NCBI GenBank assembly: GCA_041659225.1
Contig: JBAZYR010000001.1
Location: 15,266-79,265 of the forward strand
Origin: Candidatus Staskawiczbacteria bacterium
GTDB lineage: Bacteria > Patescibacteriota > Minisyncoccia > Minisyncoccales > Staskawiczbacteraceae
Direction of reading: 5' to 3'
DNA length: 64,000 bases
The position numbers and the translations under genes were made by a program. Positions within the stretch are counted from its first letter, which is position 1. Each line of letters starts with the position of its first letter. A model generated the notes under the pieces. That model saw only the letters and a program-made list of their open reading frames with translations, was not told where the DNA came from and searched no databases. Positions 62,745-64,000 of this stretch are shown piece after piece.

Positions 62745-63812
62745 CTACTCTAATCCACCTAAGGCCACTCCAACAGCTGCAGAGTATCTTGGAGCCATTT
62801 CTTTTATGGTTTCGTTTAAAATTGGCGGATAAAGGAAATCTGAGAAACAGTTTGGAATCTCTACTTTTTTCTTAAGCACCTCCCCGAAATACTCCCTTAG
62901 TCCCGGAAGGTTAGCGGTTCCGCCCGTTAGATAAACCTCATCTATCTCTCTTTCTTCTTTCATAAAGAAATCATTAGATATCTTTTTTATCTCAGCCAGT
63001 AACGGATCAATCAAAAGATAGAGGATTTCGCTAATTCTTTTATCCTGAGCAATCAATCCTTCTTTGGACTTTATCTCTTCCGCCTCCGTGTATCCTTTAT
63101 TAAAAGCAGACGCAACAGCGTGCGTAAGCTGGGTGCCGGCGAAGTCAAAACTAAAGCTTGTTTTTAAAATACCTTTATCAATAATATTAACAGTCGTACT
63201 TTGGACGCCAATATCAATCAAACAAATCACCTTCTTATTATCCTTTATTATCGACCGGACAACTGAAAACGCTTCAGCCTCAATCGCATACAGCTCCAAA
63301 CCGGCTGCCTGAGCAATCCCCTGATATTCCTGAACAACTTGGTTGGCAACCGCAGCCACTAATACCTTGAGCCCGGAACGATTGTCGCCTGGCGTTCCGC
63401 TTATTAACCGCCAATCCAGAGTAGTTTCAGAAACAGGCAAAGGAATGTATTGAGGCGCGTTAAAACGTATAGCCTCGGGAATTTCTCCTTTCCCCATAGG
63501 CGGCAAATCAAAAGAAACAAAAAAAGTTGAAAAGTCAGGAATAGAGAACATCGCTGCTTTGGTTCTGATTCTGCCTTCGTCAATTATCGCCTTGATCGCT
63601 TTTAAAACGAAAGACCGGGAAAGCAAATAGTTTCCTTTTTTAGATTCTTTGTATGGTTCGCGAATAACTGAGGTGGTTTTAATCTCCCCGTAATTTTCTA
63701 AAGTCCTTCCTCCTCCCCATTTGGAAAGCTCAACTATTTTAACAGACGAGGTCCCTATATCCACCCCCAACATTTTTTTAGGGAAAATTAAACCAAAAGG
63801 ATTGAACACCAT
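62745..63812 (-). CDS. pilM: Type IV pilus assembly ATPase-like protein PilM (actin fold)
   Basis: LGVDIGTSSVKIVEL phosphate-1 motif, DIGVQSTTVNI, and FtsA/PilM-like architecture. Confidence 0.8.
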   Translation of the reverse strand: MVFNPFGLIFPKKMLGVDIGTSSVKIVELSKWGGGRTLENYGEIKTTSVIREPYKESKKGNYLLSRSFVLKAIKAIIDEGRIRTKAAMFSIPDFSTFFVSFDLPPMGKGEIPEAIRFNAPQYIPLPVSETTLDWRLISGTPGDNRSGLKVLVAAVANQVVQEYQGIAQAAGLELYAIEAEAFSVVRSIIKDNKKVICLIDIGVQSTTVNIIDKGILKTSFSFDFAGTQLTHAVASAFNKGYTEAEEIKSKEGLIAQDKRISEILYLLIDPLLAEIKKISNDFFMKEEREIDEVYLTGGTANLPGLREYFGEVLKKKVEIPNCFSDFLYPPILNETIKEMAPRYSAAVGVALGGLE

Positions 63813-63860
63813 ATTAATATATTATACTCCAAACTTTTCAACTATGCTAACATTAATTCA

Positions 63861-64000
63861 ATGCCAAAAGTGAAAAACTTCTTGCTGGATATTTTCTTCC
63901 CCCGTTTTTGTTTAGGTTGTGGCCGAGAAGCCACTTATTTATGCGAAGATTGCATGGCAACGTTGGAAATATCCGAGCATAGATACTGTCTTTGCGATAA
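63861..64000 (+). CDS. ComF-family protein (double zinc-ribbon N-terminus), partial; it runs off the window
   Basis: MPKVKNFLLDIFFPRFCLGCGREATYLCEDCMATLEISEHRYCLC: the ComFC-type FP.xCxxC...C..C N-terminus. Divergent from pilM. Confidence 0.5.
   Translation, partial: MPKVKNFLLDIFFPRFCLGCGREATYLCEDCMATLEISEHRYCLCD

Overview
This 64-kb window is AT-rich (about 38–40 % GC), strongly strand-biased and gene-dense. It carries housekeeping genes typical of a small-genome bacterium, most plausibly Patescibacteria/CPR-like. That assignment rests on archaeal-type enzymes (PurO-like IMP cyclohydrolase, cupin-type glucose-6-phosphate isomerase), giant surface proteins, a compact UvrC, and basic low-complexity tails on RpoD, FtsK and S6.

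Almost everything from 293 to 22105 and from 33212 to 63812 is on the minus strand. Recognisable genes:
- replication, transcription and repair: dnaG-rpoD, rpoB-rpoC, uvrA/uvrC (divergent), recA-ftsK, ligA, rodA
- stress and protein quality: groES-groEL, lemA-htpX
- translation and RNA: rpsF-ssb-rpsR, secG, RNase J, trpS
- three tRNAs: Asn-GTT, Ser-GGA, Leu-CAG
- several intrinsic terminators, and a near-consensus sigma70 promoter feeding rpoBC

The most distinctive region is 46.8–63.9 kb. It holds a complete type IV pilus locus (pilM-N-O-x-B-T-C, two tandem major pilin genes, pilD, three minor pilins and a PilX-like protein). This is followed directly on the same strand by a 1257-aa secreted protein with three PA14-like repeats. 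That protein shares its Cys-rich C-terminal domain with a neighbouring 245-aa secreted protein. A partial ComF-like gene lies divergently beside pilM.

Other oddities:
- a GC-rich (about 50 %) gene with four tandem Cys4 zinc-ribbon-like repeats beside tRNA-Asn
- a three-gene module of unknown small proteins around tRNA-Ser
- a 2288-aa membrane-anchored FN3/beta-helix surface protein
- a family-5 substrate-binding protein (SBP) with an inserted peptidoglycan-binding module

No CRISPR array, transposase or restriction-modification system was seen. All coordinates come from the supplied ORF track and manual counting, so the features I placed by hand may be off by a base or two.
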